This document shows, piece after piece, positions 52,385-64,000 of a DNA stretch of 64,000 bases (position 1 is its first letter; every line of letters starts with the position of its first letter). The notes under the pieces are model-generated. The model was not told where the DNA came from, made no database searches, and worked only from the letters and a program-made list of their open reading frames with translations. The DNA is from Octopus sinensis (lineage: Eukaryota), in the NCBI RefSeq assembly GCF_006345805.1, contig NC_043025.1:9052001-9116000 (forward strand), written 5' to 3'. Made by a program: the position numbers and the translations under genes.

Positions 52385-52987
52385 ACGTTAACAGCTTTTG
52401 CTCATCCCTTACACAATCGACCTCTTGGCCCCAACTTTACCATTTGTCACTATCTCTTTACACACTCTTTACCCACGTGTTCCACTGTCTGGATACCCTC
52501 ATGTACCTACCTTCTTGTACCTCGTACATATACCCAGGCACCTCGTTACCTCCGTCTATATCTTGATTTTACCTACTGCCACCCACACACATAAAATGGG
52601 ATAGTCTGCATCTCCTCTGTTTGTCTTCCACCATAATCTAACCTTCAGCATTGTATAATACCACTCACCCCTATTTTCTCAAATATACTCCTTCACTACC
52701 GAGGGGATTTTTTTCCCTTTCCTTGTTTTGGTGGGCTTACTTTTACTGGTAACACTGGAATATCACTTAGAACACATTGTAAAGTGGATGGTATCAGGAA
52801 GGCCATTCAGCTGTAGAAACCGTTGCCAAAGTCAACATTATAGATTGATATAATCCTGGGGTTCGTGGGTTCCTTTCCAAGCATCAAATTCATGCCAGTA
52901 TGGAAAACATGCTAAATAATGATCATGAAGATGATAATTACTCTTACATATATACACAATCATACACATATGTATTTTATGCGTACA

Positions 52988-54210
52988 TACAGAGGTTGGA
53001 CACCTTAAAATCTCAAACAAATGTATTTTAATATGAGGTAGGATCGTCTTTGACTTGAATTCTACGAGGTATGGACTCGTACAAAGTTTGAATTGTTTCC
53101 AAAGGAATTTTTGTCCATTCTTCAGCTAAAACAGTCTCCAGTTCTTGTAGTGATGATGGTGGAGGATATCGACTCCTTACTTGTTTATCTAAAATGCACC
53201 ATACATGTTCAATAATATTGAGATCTGGGGCTGTGGTGGCCAGATAAGATGTTCAGCTTCACTAGAATGTTCCTCGTGCTATTCAGGAAAACTTTAGCTG
53301 TGTGAATTGGTGCATTATCATCCTGAAGGATTGCGTTTCTCCCCGGAAACAGTTCCGCAACCATAGGATGAATTTGATCAGATAAAATGCTTAAATAGCC
53401 TTGACTATTAATACTGCCATGAAGGGAAACTATTGAGCCGGCGGATTTCCAAGACATAGCCCCTCAGATCATCACACAATCCTCCTCCATGTTTAACAGT
53501 TGGAAGAAGGCAGTCTGGTTCAAATGCTTCTCTTGTCTGTTTCTACAGGTATACTCGGCCGTGGTCGAAACTAAGGTAGAGGATGACTCGACCGAGAAAA
53601 TAAATTTTTTTCACTGCTCTAGGGATCAATTCTGTAGGTTTTTATTCCACTCTAACATTTGTCTTTGAAAGTAATGGTTTTCTGATTGCAGCCCTCTCGT
53701 GAAATCCGGCTTTGTGGAGCTCTCGGCGAACAGTTTCTGTCGGAACTGGGTTCTCGAGGTGGTCATTAAGCTCTGCAGTAGTTTGGGGATCTGTACTCTT
53801 GTGATCTTTTCTAACAAACAATTCACGTAAGAGTCCGATCGTCCCTATCTGAAAGTTTTGGTTTTCTTCCGGAGTTTTGTTTCGACGAAGAGGTTTTCTC
53901 ATTACTTTCTAGACAGTACTTCTTAATACACGAAACATTTCGGCTGTTTTCGTTATGCTGGTGCCTACCATACGAGCACCAACAATTTTACCTCTTTGAA
54001 AGTCTGACAGATCTGTCATTTTGATAAATTTTAATTACATTTTTCTGATGATATCTGAAAAGAAACAGCAATTTTAGCAAAACATATTAAGCAACACTAA
54101 TAATAAATCAAAAAACATAAAAATACACAAGCTTTTGACGGTTTTATAGATACTTCAAAATTATGATGCTATGATGTTAGGTGTTTCCATTATTTTGTCC
54201 AACCCCTGTA
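52988..54210 (-). mobile_element. Tc1 (DD34E) transposon, degenerate
   Basis: tacagaggttggaca / tgtccaacccctgta TIRs; TVRRELHKAG, RKPLLS, QDDNAPIH, SPDLNIIE. Confidence 0.92.
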
Positions 54211-54999
54211 TATACATACTTTTATTCTTAATAATTTTTACAACGCCGTTCTAACCTATTTTCACTCATCTTTTTATATATGTATATTAGATTTTTATAT
54301 ATTTCTATATTCATGAATTTTTAATGTTTTAATATTTTAACGACTGATACATTGGTATATTTTAAAGACCGATATGCATTGATCCATGACAGAATATATG
54401 CATGATTGAATTGTTGAACCTGTCTGAAATTCTCCTTAACTTTTATACTTTTTTATATCTTTGCGTCTCGTGTCTTTTATCTGAGCATTTCTGAATATTG
54501 CCTACTTAATACAAGATAAAAAGAAACTTTACTCTGTGTGTGTGTGTGTGTGCGTGTGTGTGTGTGTGTGTGTGCGTATGTGTGTGTGTGTGTGAATTCA
54601 TACATACATACACTCACATGTATACTTACAAATGGATTACAGAACAAATTATCAACCGGAGTCTGTGTTAGACATCCATTTACTCAAGATGTTAAGCAGC
54701 TAAATTGAACGTGGGATTCGTTGATTACCAACAGAATTACTCGAATACCGACCACCATTATGTCAACAATTTCAGTATTAAACAAATTATCCGTCCCTCA
54801 GGACAAGTGCAACTGTCACGTGCGAACCCCTATGGGATATTTTTTGTAATATATATTTTATTATTGCCAGGCTTTCGACTTGCAGAATAGTTAGCATGCT
54901 GGGTAAAATGCATAGAGCCATTTCATCTGTCTTGAGTTCAAATTTCGCAGATGTCGACTCTGCTTTTCATTCTTTCACAGTCAATAAAATAAGTACCAG

Positions 55000-55225
55000 T
55001 AATATTTTGGCAAGTTGTTAATTACCCGTAATTTGACAGTTATGTCTATACATTACTGATTTTAAAGAGTTGTGTAATAACATATCCACTGCATTTTGTG
55101 GTGCAGAGTATCTTGGTAAATATATAAGGTTGATATATTGTAAAAAGTCTCTGCTGTTCTAGTTGTCATCGCTGCTCTTTATAGTTTATACACCGAATGG
55201 TTCCTTTTAAATGTATGAAACTACT
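55000..55225 (+). repeat. Direct-repeat copy of 56103-56328
   Basis: About 225 nt with only a handful of substitutions; interrupts a SINE. Confidence 0.95.
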
Positions 55226-55421
55226 GGGTTTGATGTAATAGCCTTACTCCACCCCCAAAACTCTGGCCTTGTGCCAAAGTTTGAAACCAGTATATATTTT
55301 ACTAAGTTGTGCTGTTGACTAAAGTAACGATGTCTAAGGACAAGATAACATTTGATCGTTTCACGCTTTAGCAATGTATTCCACTGAATAAATTGATTTA
55401 CATAATGAATTTTCTTTACAG

Positions 55422-55550
55422 GTAACACAAAACGCTAGTACCAAGCAAAATGTTAGAATCAACAGCCATGTTCTTGCTGCGAACATTCCTAACATTTCAG
55501 TAAGCGACCTTGAAGAACCGGTTAATATATCGTTCAATATATTAGATCAG
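55422..55550 (+). CDS. aGPCR GAIN exon
   Basis: phase 0/0; VTQNASTKQNVRINSHVLAANIPNISVSDLEEPVNISFNILDQ (INSxV and LxEPVxIxF motifs). Confidence 0.93.
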
Positions 55551-55948
55551 GTAATAGCTATGTATTTATTATTGCTGCTGTTGCTATTAAGGTTCATGCC
55601 ATCCCTGACCCAGTAGACCTATGATGAAACACATCCCAGCCGTGTACATCATATCATTTTATATTTCATTAGGTATTTCTAGAACTACTCTATCCAATGT
55701 CCTTTTCTTCCATTCTAATAACGATTCTGTGTAAATTACAAGAAAAGACATAGACTTATAAACAAGATGAAATGATCAGTTGAACTATGTCACAGCATGT
55801 ATTATGGAGTTCACAATGTCAATACCAACCAAACATCGACGATCATGGTTTTTTCGGTATTTTCTAAGTCAAATGAGTCGCATTATAATTACATATATTC
55901 TAATTACAAAGTAATTAAATCAAATTATCAATGTTTAATTTTTTTCAG

Positions 55949-56098
55949 AATGCCAGCAACCTACAATGTGTTTACTGGGATGAAAGCTCAGGACTGAATC
56001 CCGGGTGGTCATCAAGAGGTTGTCGAATATCCAAACATGAATCAGGAAAGGAAATAGTTTGCTCCTGTGACCATCTTACAAGTTTTGCCTTATTAATG
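55949..56098 (+). CDS. aGPCR GPS exon with autoproteolysis site and Stachel
   Basis: NASNLQCVYWDESSGLNPGWSSRGCRISKHESGKEIVCSCDHL|TSFALLM, canonical GPS; phase 0/0. Confidence 0.97.
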
Positions 56099-56871
56099 GT
56101 TGGTAATAATTTGGCAAGTTGTTAATTACCCGTAATTTGAAAGTTATGTCTATGCATTACTGATTTTAAAGAGTTGTGTAATAACATATCCACTGCATTT
56201 TGTGGTGCAGAGTATCTTGGTAAATATATAAGGTTGATATATTGTAAAAAGTCTCTGCTGTTCTAGTTGTCATCGCTGTTCTTTATAGTTTATACAGCGA
56301 ATGGTTCCTTTTAAATGTACGATACTACCATTCCCAATGTGATGCATAGTAATTCCTTCAGCATTGATGTGAAGTGGGTAGAGATCGTCAGAATCATCTC
56401 TCTTGATTTAAAAATCTTCATTTATGTTGAGACATGCTTGCTATTCAGACGTTAATATTTGGTCTCTTCATGATTCTGTCACAAGATCTCTCCTCTCGTG
56501 TATGTCATTTCTCCACCTGAGACTTTCATTTCAATAATATACATGCTCCAAACAATACCTCTGCTACCTACAATAAAACATCCCCCTGTCTATGGTAACT
56601 ATTTCAGCCTGAAGGAAAGCGGAGCTAAAGGCATATGTTTGTTCACTCCATACCAGTTCTGCCATTACCTAACATCACGAAGACTGAGAATAAATAGCCA
56701 GATCCTTGATATTGTTTCTATTAGTGTCAACCTTACCTGGAACATTATTAATGCAGCAGAGTCCTCACATTCTACATCAGCATTATACACTCTCGTTTCA
56801 AAAGTATTAACTGACATATAAGAAAGGAGTAGTAGGAGGAGCTAATCTGTTTTTGTTTGTTTCTTTTGTAG

Positions 56872-56987
56872 AATGTCTACCAGGCTGAAAAAGAGACAGA
56901 CAATGCCTTATCTATTATATCAAAAACAGGCTGTGCAATATCCTTTGTCTTACTCATTCTTACAATAATAATTCATGTTTGTTTCAG
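56872..56987 (+). CDS. aGPCR TM1 exon
   Basis: phase 0/2; NVYQAEKETDNALSIISKTGCAISFVLLILTIIIHVCFR. Confidence 0.95.
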
Positions 56988-57639
56988 GTAAGCATTTCAG
57001 TTTCTACTTCCTTTTATAAACTATTCAAATGCAGAGAGACAGTATACCTCAGTTTGTGGGGTACTCACAGGCTGGTCAGATCGATGTGTTTGATGTCTAT
57101 AGGGAAAATATGGGTGAGGAAAGAATTCCAGAATATTATCACTTTGATGAATAGCTTTATAATTCACAAAAAAATATAGAACAATAGAGTAGCGACAGTA
57201 GTGACTTCGTCTCTACTACTACTACTACTACTACTACTACTTTCTGGTATATTACAACTAATTTTCCTTTGTATCTTTTATTTGTGTAATCGTACTTGCC
57301 CACCCAGAAAACAAATTCAGAATAATACCACTCACCAAGACAGTATTGGATTTCATGAAGACATCGGGTATTACTTTGACTAAACTTCGCCACATTAATC
57401 TCTCTCTTTTAAACAAACACAAGAGTAGCCCATCCTTTATGTGGTCATTTAGTATGCTAGAAATAGAATGAATCCAGTGATCACGTTGGGATGTTCTAAA
57501 GCCTGTAACATAACAAATAACTGTTTCAATAAATTCACATTTTGAATTAAGCCAGTATCTCTGAAAAATTTCCTTTTATGGAAAACATACGCATTTAATA
57601 AATTCTAGATAGGAAAAGATGGAATATACTTCAGAAGTA

Positions 57640-59420
57640 TTTTTCTAACATAATTGTATTCTACATCATCAAAACGTATGGTTATGATGAAAAACAAATT
57701 TCAGTATAATCGCAATCTACGTCATCTGAAATTAATTTGAAGAAACTTTTTTATCGAAAATTTCCAGTGAAACAAGTTCCCTGTTTAATTCTCACTGACA
57801 GTGCTTTACTTTAGTAAAAAACATGAGGAATATTTCGTCACCTATGCTGGAGTTGTGAACAGAGAGTATGAAAAATTCAAATTAAATGAATTTACTCCGA
57901 ACATATTCAAATGTCTAATTTTTATTCGAGGGCTAACTGCAAGCAAAGATGCAGATTAACGAAATTTGAACAAGACCCAAACTTAACTCTACAGGCAGTG
58001 GCTAAAGAATTCCAGAGTATTATTAATTTAAGACATGATGCAGATAAAACTGAAGAAAAAGATTGTTCACAGATATATGCGTGTCGACCTGAAACGGCTA
58101 AGAAAAAAAACAACGAGTGTCAAATCTCAGTCCATACTCTGAGTACGGAGGTTTACATTTTAATGGTAACTGTCCTTTTAAAGATATAAAATGTTTTAAG
58201 TGTGGAAAAATCGGACGTAAAAACTCACATTGTAGAGCGAAACGAATAAAAAAGGTCGAACGAAAATATTCTGGAAAGAATGTCAACAAAAATTCTAAGA
58301 GAGGCTCAAAAAAGAAAATTTGTGTCTATAAAACTGAATAATGGGAATGTGAAGTTACAGCTGGATACGTGCAGTGATATCGCGATATTTAACACAGATG
58401 CATGGAGAAATATAGGGAAACCTAGATTAAAGGAAACTTCGAAAATTGCGCGAGGGGTTTCAGGAAAGAAATTACATTTTATGGGCGAAATGTTAAGTGA
58501 TGTTACAATTCGTTGAAAAATTTTGAGAGCCAAAGTTTTTATGTTGAATAATAAGACAAATTTATTTGGAACACACTGGATGGAATTATTTAACTTACGA
58601 GACCTCCCCGTAAATATTTTTCGTAAAGATGTGAATGGTTCTTCCGCCTGTACAAATAAGGCGTCAGAGGATTTTAAAAAAAAAATTTTTTTAATGTTTC
58701 CTTGAGTTTGTTTTTCTGATGAATTAGGTCTTTGAATCAAAAATGCGAATTTTCAAGTGAAAGAAAACGCTATAGTGGTATTTAAACCAAAACGAACTGT
58801 AACTTTCGCCGCGTTGAAACAAGTCAACGGCGAATTGGATAGACGTGAAAAGCTTGACATTATTGAAAAATTGATCACACAAAATGGGCGTCCGCAACAG
58901 TTTATGTCAAGAAAAAATAATAAAATCCGAGTATGCGCTGATTTTTTAAGAAGTTCAAATGAATTCTTGAAATCTGGAGTAAGTTGAATGGAGAAAATTT
59001 CTTTCCAAAGCTGGAAGTATCTGAAGCATACTTGCAGGTACAAAGTTGATGAGGAATGTTTAAAATTATGGACAATAGATACCCACAAAGGATTGTATAA
59101 ATTTAATCGACTTCCCTTTGGTATAGAGAGGTAGAACCTGGAATTTTCCAGTACGTTATGGACACAATGTTCGCAGGTTCGGATTTCGCTATAGCTTTCC
59201 TTGACGACATACCCATAAAAAGTGAATCTCGTGGTCAGCATACTGAGCATGTTAAAAAGGTCTTCGAAGAACAAAAAGATTGTGATTTTAAAGTCAACGA
59301 GGAAAAGTGTAAATTTTTGATGCCAAGAATAAAATTTCTAGGGCAGATTATCGATTAAAATGGACACAGACAAGACACTTCATGGGTGGTGAGTGCAATA
59401 AAAAATATGCTTCCACGACA
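57640..59420 (+). mobile_element. Gypsy LTR retrotransposon internal relic
   Basis: CPFKDIKCFKCGKIG knuckle, LQLDTCSD protease, IRVCADF and AFLDDI RT motifs; many stops. Confidence 0.88.
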
Positions 59421-59611
59421 AACTTTTTGCCACAGAGCCACAGATAAAATATTTATTGATTTTAAGATATTTATTGATTTTAAGATATCCTTTATTTTCT
59501 AACTGAGCCAGCCACCAATACACACAGTCGTAGTTATTATTTATGCATTGAGTGAGTGTTTTAGAGTTTGCTTCAATAAATAAAATTATGTTTTTTTGTT
59601 CATTATTTCAG

Positions 59612-59732
59612 AAAACTGTGGGATTTAATGAGTTCAAAGGTTTTAGTAAGCCTGTGCTATTCTTTGGCTGTCGCTTATTTTATCTTCCTTGTCGGGATGC
59701 AATCATACGTACAAACAATGGCTGGTTGTAAG
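59612..59732 (+). CDS. aGPCR ICL1-TM2-ECL1 exon
   Basis: phase 2/0; KLWDLMSSKVLVSLCYSLAVAYFIFLVGMQSYVQTMAGCK. Confidence 0.94.
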
Positions 59733-60109
59733 GTAAGCGAAAAGACTTCTAAGCCATTGAATATTTTGTTTTATATTAAGCGTTGAACAACCGTCTACTA
59801 CCTCAAATACATTCCATCCTATAATAACCTACGTTGCAACTGTTTCCAACATTTTTCCAGTTTCAACTTATTTGCGGCCTTCAATTTGCCCAATATTCAT
59901 TTATCAAAAGATTCCAAAACTTTTATCTTCAAATTGTATTTTGCATAACGTCTTGCACACCTCCCCCTCACCTTTATATGAAACGTCTACCCCAGCCAAC
60001 ACGTCTATGTTAGCCTCTCGTTCAACGTTCCTTCAATTTCATGGCATCACTCTGAGTTCTTCAACCTAATAGGCAGCTATTATTATCGTTATTATTACTA
60101 TCATCATCG

Positions 60110-60179
<70 letters not shown>

Positions 60180-60206
60180 TACTACAACTTATTTATTTAT
60201 TTATTT

Positions 60207-61714
60207 TCTTTGCACAACTCACGCTAGAGGTGTACTACGGTGCCAGCTGTTCCCTACCAGTGAACTAAGGTAACACCTCTTTTTCGAGCACCATCGAGCG
60301 GTTCTAAGCAGTGCCGTTTTCTGCAAGTGTTCCACCCTTATTGCAGCCCCTATTTGTGCTATGTACTTCTCAAGATTTTAACTCAATATACCCAGGGCTC
60401 CAACAATTATTGATACTACTACCACCTTTTTCATCGACCACAACTGCTTAACCTCCCAAGCTAACCTGTTTTATCTCTCGACGACTTTTCTTTCTTCCTT
60501 ATCGCATAACTTGTTTTCAGCTGGACATGCTATATCTATGATCCAGCATCGTTTGCTTTCTTTCTCAATTAACTGGTTTCTTTTTATCTATTTCATGGTC
60601 GCACTGAATCATAAAATCCCACAGGATCTTTGGATTATTATTTTCGATGATACCTTTGGGTTTATGTTCGTACCACTTTTTTGCTTTGTCAAGTCCATAC
60701 TTGTTGCAAAGTGTCCAATGGACAATCCTTGCTATATTGTCATGACGTCCTCTATATTCCTTCTGGGCTAGTGGCGTACATTGACTGGTAATATCCCATA
60801 CGGTTTCACCATTTTGTTCACAAATTCTGCGCTTATCACTTTCTGATGTATTGTCTATTTTGTATTTGATGTAATTCGTTCTCAGTACTTTCTCTTGGGC
60901 AGCACGGATTAGAGCATCCGTTTCCGGTTTTAAATTACTTTTAGTTATCCATAGCATCTTCAACATCCCTATGAAATTGTCCATGCCTTATTTTGTTTGT
61001 CCTCTTATTTTCAGCTTCATTCATTCTCAAGTGCTTGTATAGTGCTTTATCTTTGCTATCTTCAATTCTATACAAACCTGACCTTCCTACATCCTATAAT
61101 AGTGGTTCGGTAGCGTTTTTTACACACCATGCTGTTTTTTCTGTTCTAATGCTGTGTTCGCATCCAGTCAGTCCTCTTCCCCCTCTTTTTCTTGGTACAT
61201 ATAGTCTGTCTGTGACACTTTTTTATGTGGAGTATCCCATATCTGGTAAGCAACTTCTTTGTCTTTCTGTCTAAGCTGTATAGTTCGGCGACTGTGCATG
61301 CGATTTCCCCTGCTCCATATCTAAAGATTAAAACCGCCCAGATGTTGATAGCTTCCATCTTATTCCGTCCATTTAATTTCGACTTAAGGATCAGTCTCAG
61401 TCTGCGCAAGTACTCCTCCTTAAATTTTTCTGTCGTTTCTTTCTCCGTCAATTTATCCATTTCCAATATCCCCCAAGTACTTATAGCCCGTCTCTTCTAT
61501 CTACTTCATAACTTCCCCCGACAGTATCGTAAGCCCGTCCATACATTTGATTTTGCCTCTCTTGAACACTAACACACCACACTTTTTCAGTCCGAACTCC
61601 ATTCTGATATCAGCACAGAAATTATACATCGTATCAACGAGGGAACTGACTTGGGATTCATCTTTACCATAAAATTTGAGGTCATCCATGAATAACGAGT
61701 GGTTGACTTTTTTT
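60207..61714 (-). mobile_element. R4/Dong-clade element, same family as 24521-26275
   Basis: MDDLK RT, LKPETDALIRAAQE, RHDNIAR, WDF; microsatellite on both flanks. Confidence 0.92.
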
Positions 61715-61719
61715 GGTGG

Positions 61720-61803
<84 letters not shown>

Positions 61804-61850
61804 TTTAATATTATTATTATTATTTATTATTATTTTTAATATTATTATTA

Positions 61851-61884
<34 letters not shown>

Positions 61885-62083
61885 TATTATTATTATTATT
61901 ATATTATTATTATTATTATTTTGTATTATTTTTAATATTATTATTATTATTATTATTATTATATTATTTTTAATATTATTATTATTATTATATTATTATT
62001 ATTATTTTTAATATATTATTATTATTATTATTTATTATTATTATTATTATTATATTTTTAATATTATTATATATTATTTTTAA

Positions 62084-62118
<35 letters not shown>

Positions 62119-62127
62119 TATTTTTAA

Positions 62128-62161
<34 letters not shown>

Positions 62162-62253
62162 TTTAATATTATTATTATTATTATATTATTATTATTATTA
62201 TTATTATTTTTAATATTATTATTATTTTATTATTATTATTTTTAATATTATTA

Positions 62254-62290
<37 letters not shown>

Positions 62291-62295
62291 TTTAA

Positions 62296-62326
<31 letters not shown>

Positions 62327-62330
62327 TTAA

Positions 62331-62365
<35 letters not shown>

Positions 62366-62370
62366 TATTA
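61720..62370. repeat. (TCA)n(TTA)n tract
   Basis: Seen directly. Confidence 0.95.
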
Positions 62371-62878
62371 AGGCATCGAACTGGCAGAATCGGTTGCACG
62401 CTTAACGAAATGCATAGCAGTATTTTACCTGTCGCTACGTTCTGAGATCAAATTCCGCTGAGGTTGACTTTGTATTTCAACTTTTTCGGGTCGATAAATT
62501 AAGTACCAGTGATACACTGGGGTAGATGTAATCGATTCATCCCCTCTTCCCAAATGTCAGGCCTTGTGCTTTTATTATCATAATGAATATTTTACTTCTC
62601 AGAGTTGTCGGTCTTACTTGTTCATCTAATTCTGTGAGAGCGGACAGTGTTGGGTCGGGAAAAGCACCAAGCGAAATACCTTAAGTTTGTGTTAAATCTT
62701 CAGCAGGCGTCTAATTTGGGTTTCACCCTTCTGGGTTTGTAAACCTAAAATACCAACGAAGTATTGACATTGATATAGTTAACCATATACCACCACCCTG
62801 CAAAACAATATGTATTTAAGACAATGTATCAATCTCAGAAATCAGTAACCTGTTGCCGTTGTTGTATTATTATTGTAG

Positions 62879-63023
62879 GCAGTGGCTGCCCTCTTACATT
62901 ACTTCCTTCTGACATCTCTCGCGTGGATGAGTGTTGAAGCTTTCCATGTCTATCTAAGTGTGGTCGTTGTATTCAAAACATGGGAGACGTCTTTTATGAA
63001 GAAGAGTGCAATTTTGGCCTGGG
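62879..63023 (+). CDS. aGPCR TM3-ICL2-TM4 start exon
   Basis: phase 0/1; AVAALLHYFLLTSLAWMSVEAFHVYLSVVVVFKTWETSFMKKSAILAWG (HYFxL..F/AWMxxE family motif). Confidence 0.96.
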
Positions 63024-64000
63024 GTATGTATAATCGCTTTCTGGCTTTGTCTCAAACTTTATATCTTACGCAAATATTATTTCTTTTCTCTCTCCTTCCC
63101 TCACACACACACACACACGCACACACACACGCACACACACACACATTCTCCTTATTTCGTTTTTTGTGTTTGAAATTACTTGATGGTAAAAGGTTCACTT
63201 GAATGATTCAAAACCAGTATATCTGGATCTTATTCATTTCATTGCGCCAAATATGTTGAAGGGAAAAGTAAGCCTAGACAGTTATTGAACTCTGAATACA
63301 AAACACTGTTAACCATATTTCTTTAAGTGGATGTTATCCAGTAGGGGTTCCGTTTATATTTCCGTATTATTTTGTTCTAACTTTACAGAGATCATTCACA
63401 ATCACATCTAGGAGAGTGCTGTATGTCCTGAATCCTCTACATCATTATCAATCTTACAATATTTAGAAACACTTTTGAAGCTAGTAATTAAAATCTCGTT
63501 GCTTTAAATAGCCTCGGTTTAGTTTACAGATTTGTATCACAGTAAAATCCAGCCACATTGAACTCTGAGTGAAAACATCCCTACCTTACTGTTGTAGTTT
63601 GGTGCTACTTCAGAACTGATTAAGCAGACCTATGGTTAAAAACGTTCTGTCGATGATTATCTTGTCAATAATCAAACACTAAACTATTCAATTTATTCTT
63701 CCATTTAGAAAGACTGAAGAATGGTACTTAAAGAAATTTAGCTAGTCTTTCTAACACGCTGAACAAAGTACAGAAATTTAAACCTTTTTTGACAGTTTAA
63801 ATTTTGTAGTATTATTGTGTAGCGTAGGTAAATACCCAGGTTATGGTGGATTACTATATATCGTACATTGAAAATGGGTGAGATTTTAAGCTAAACTCCA
63901 GAGGAACCAATGGAAACATGGACTGAGAGGTCTGGTGGACTCACATCTGATGTGAAACATTCTTAGCTTATATTTTCATTTCGGTGAAGAAAAGAGATGA

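Overview
AT-rich, microsatellite-dense eukaryotic DNA. Its SINE families and repeat landscape suggest Octopus (inference). The + strand carries the middle of one large multi-exon adhesion GPCR gene that enters at the left edge and leaves at the right edge. The deduced order is LRR exons, LRRCT, a Ly6/uPAR three-finger domain, a SEA-like segment, HRM, GAIN/GPS with intact HL|TSFALLM, then TM1-TM4. I read 18 complete exons by hand; all splice phases fit except in the SEA-like segment (40871-42412), which has 1-nt frameshifts (assembly error or pseudogenisation). Introns hold Penelope-like elements (PLEs), R4/Dong, CR1-like, RTE, Gypsy, Tc1/mariner and Helitron-like relics and tRNA-derived SINEs. 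Main points of interest: the three-finger domain in an aGPCR ectodomain, at least five well-formed minimal type I hammerhead ribozymes in PLE-type termini (three on the pre-mRNA strand), a 2.6-kb inverted PLE pair around an LRR exon, three foldbacks, and a templated duplication bracketing the GPS exons. Most ORF-track entries are microsatellite artefacts. Repeat boundaries and identity figures are by-eye estimates.
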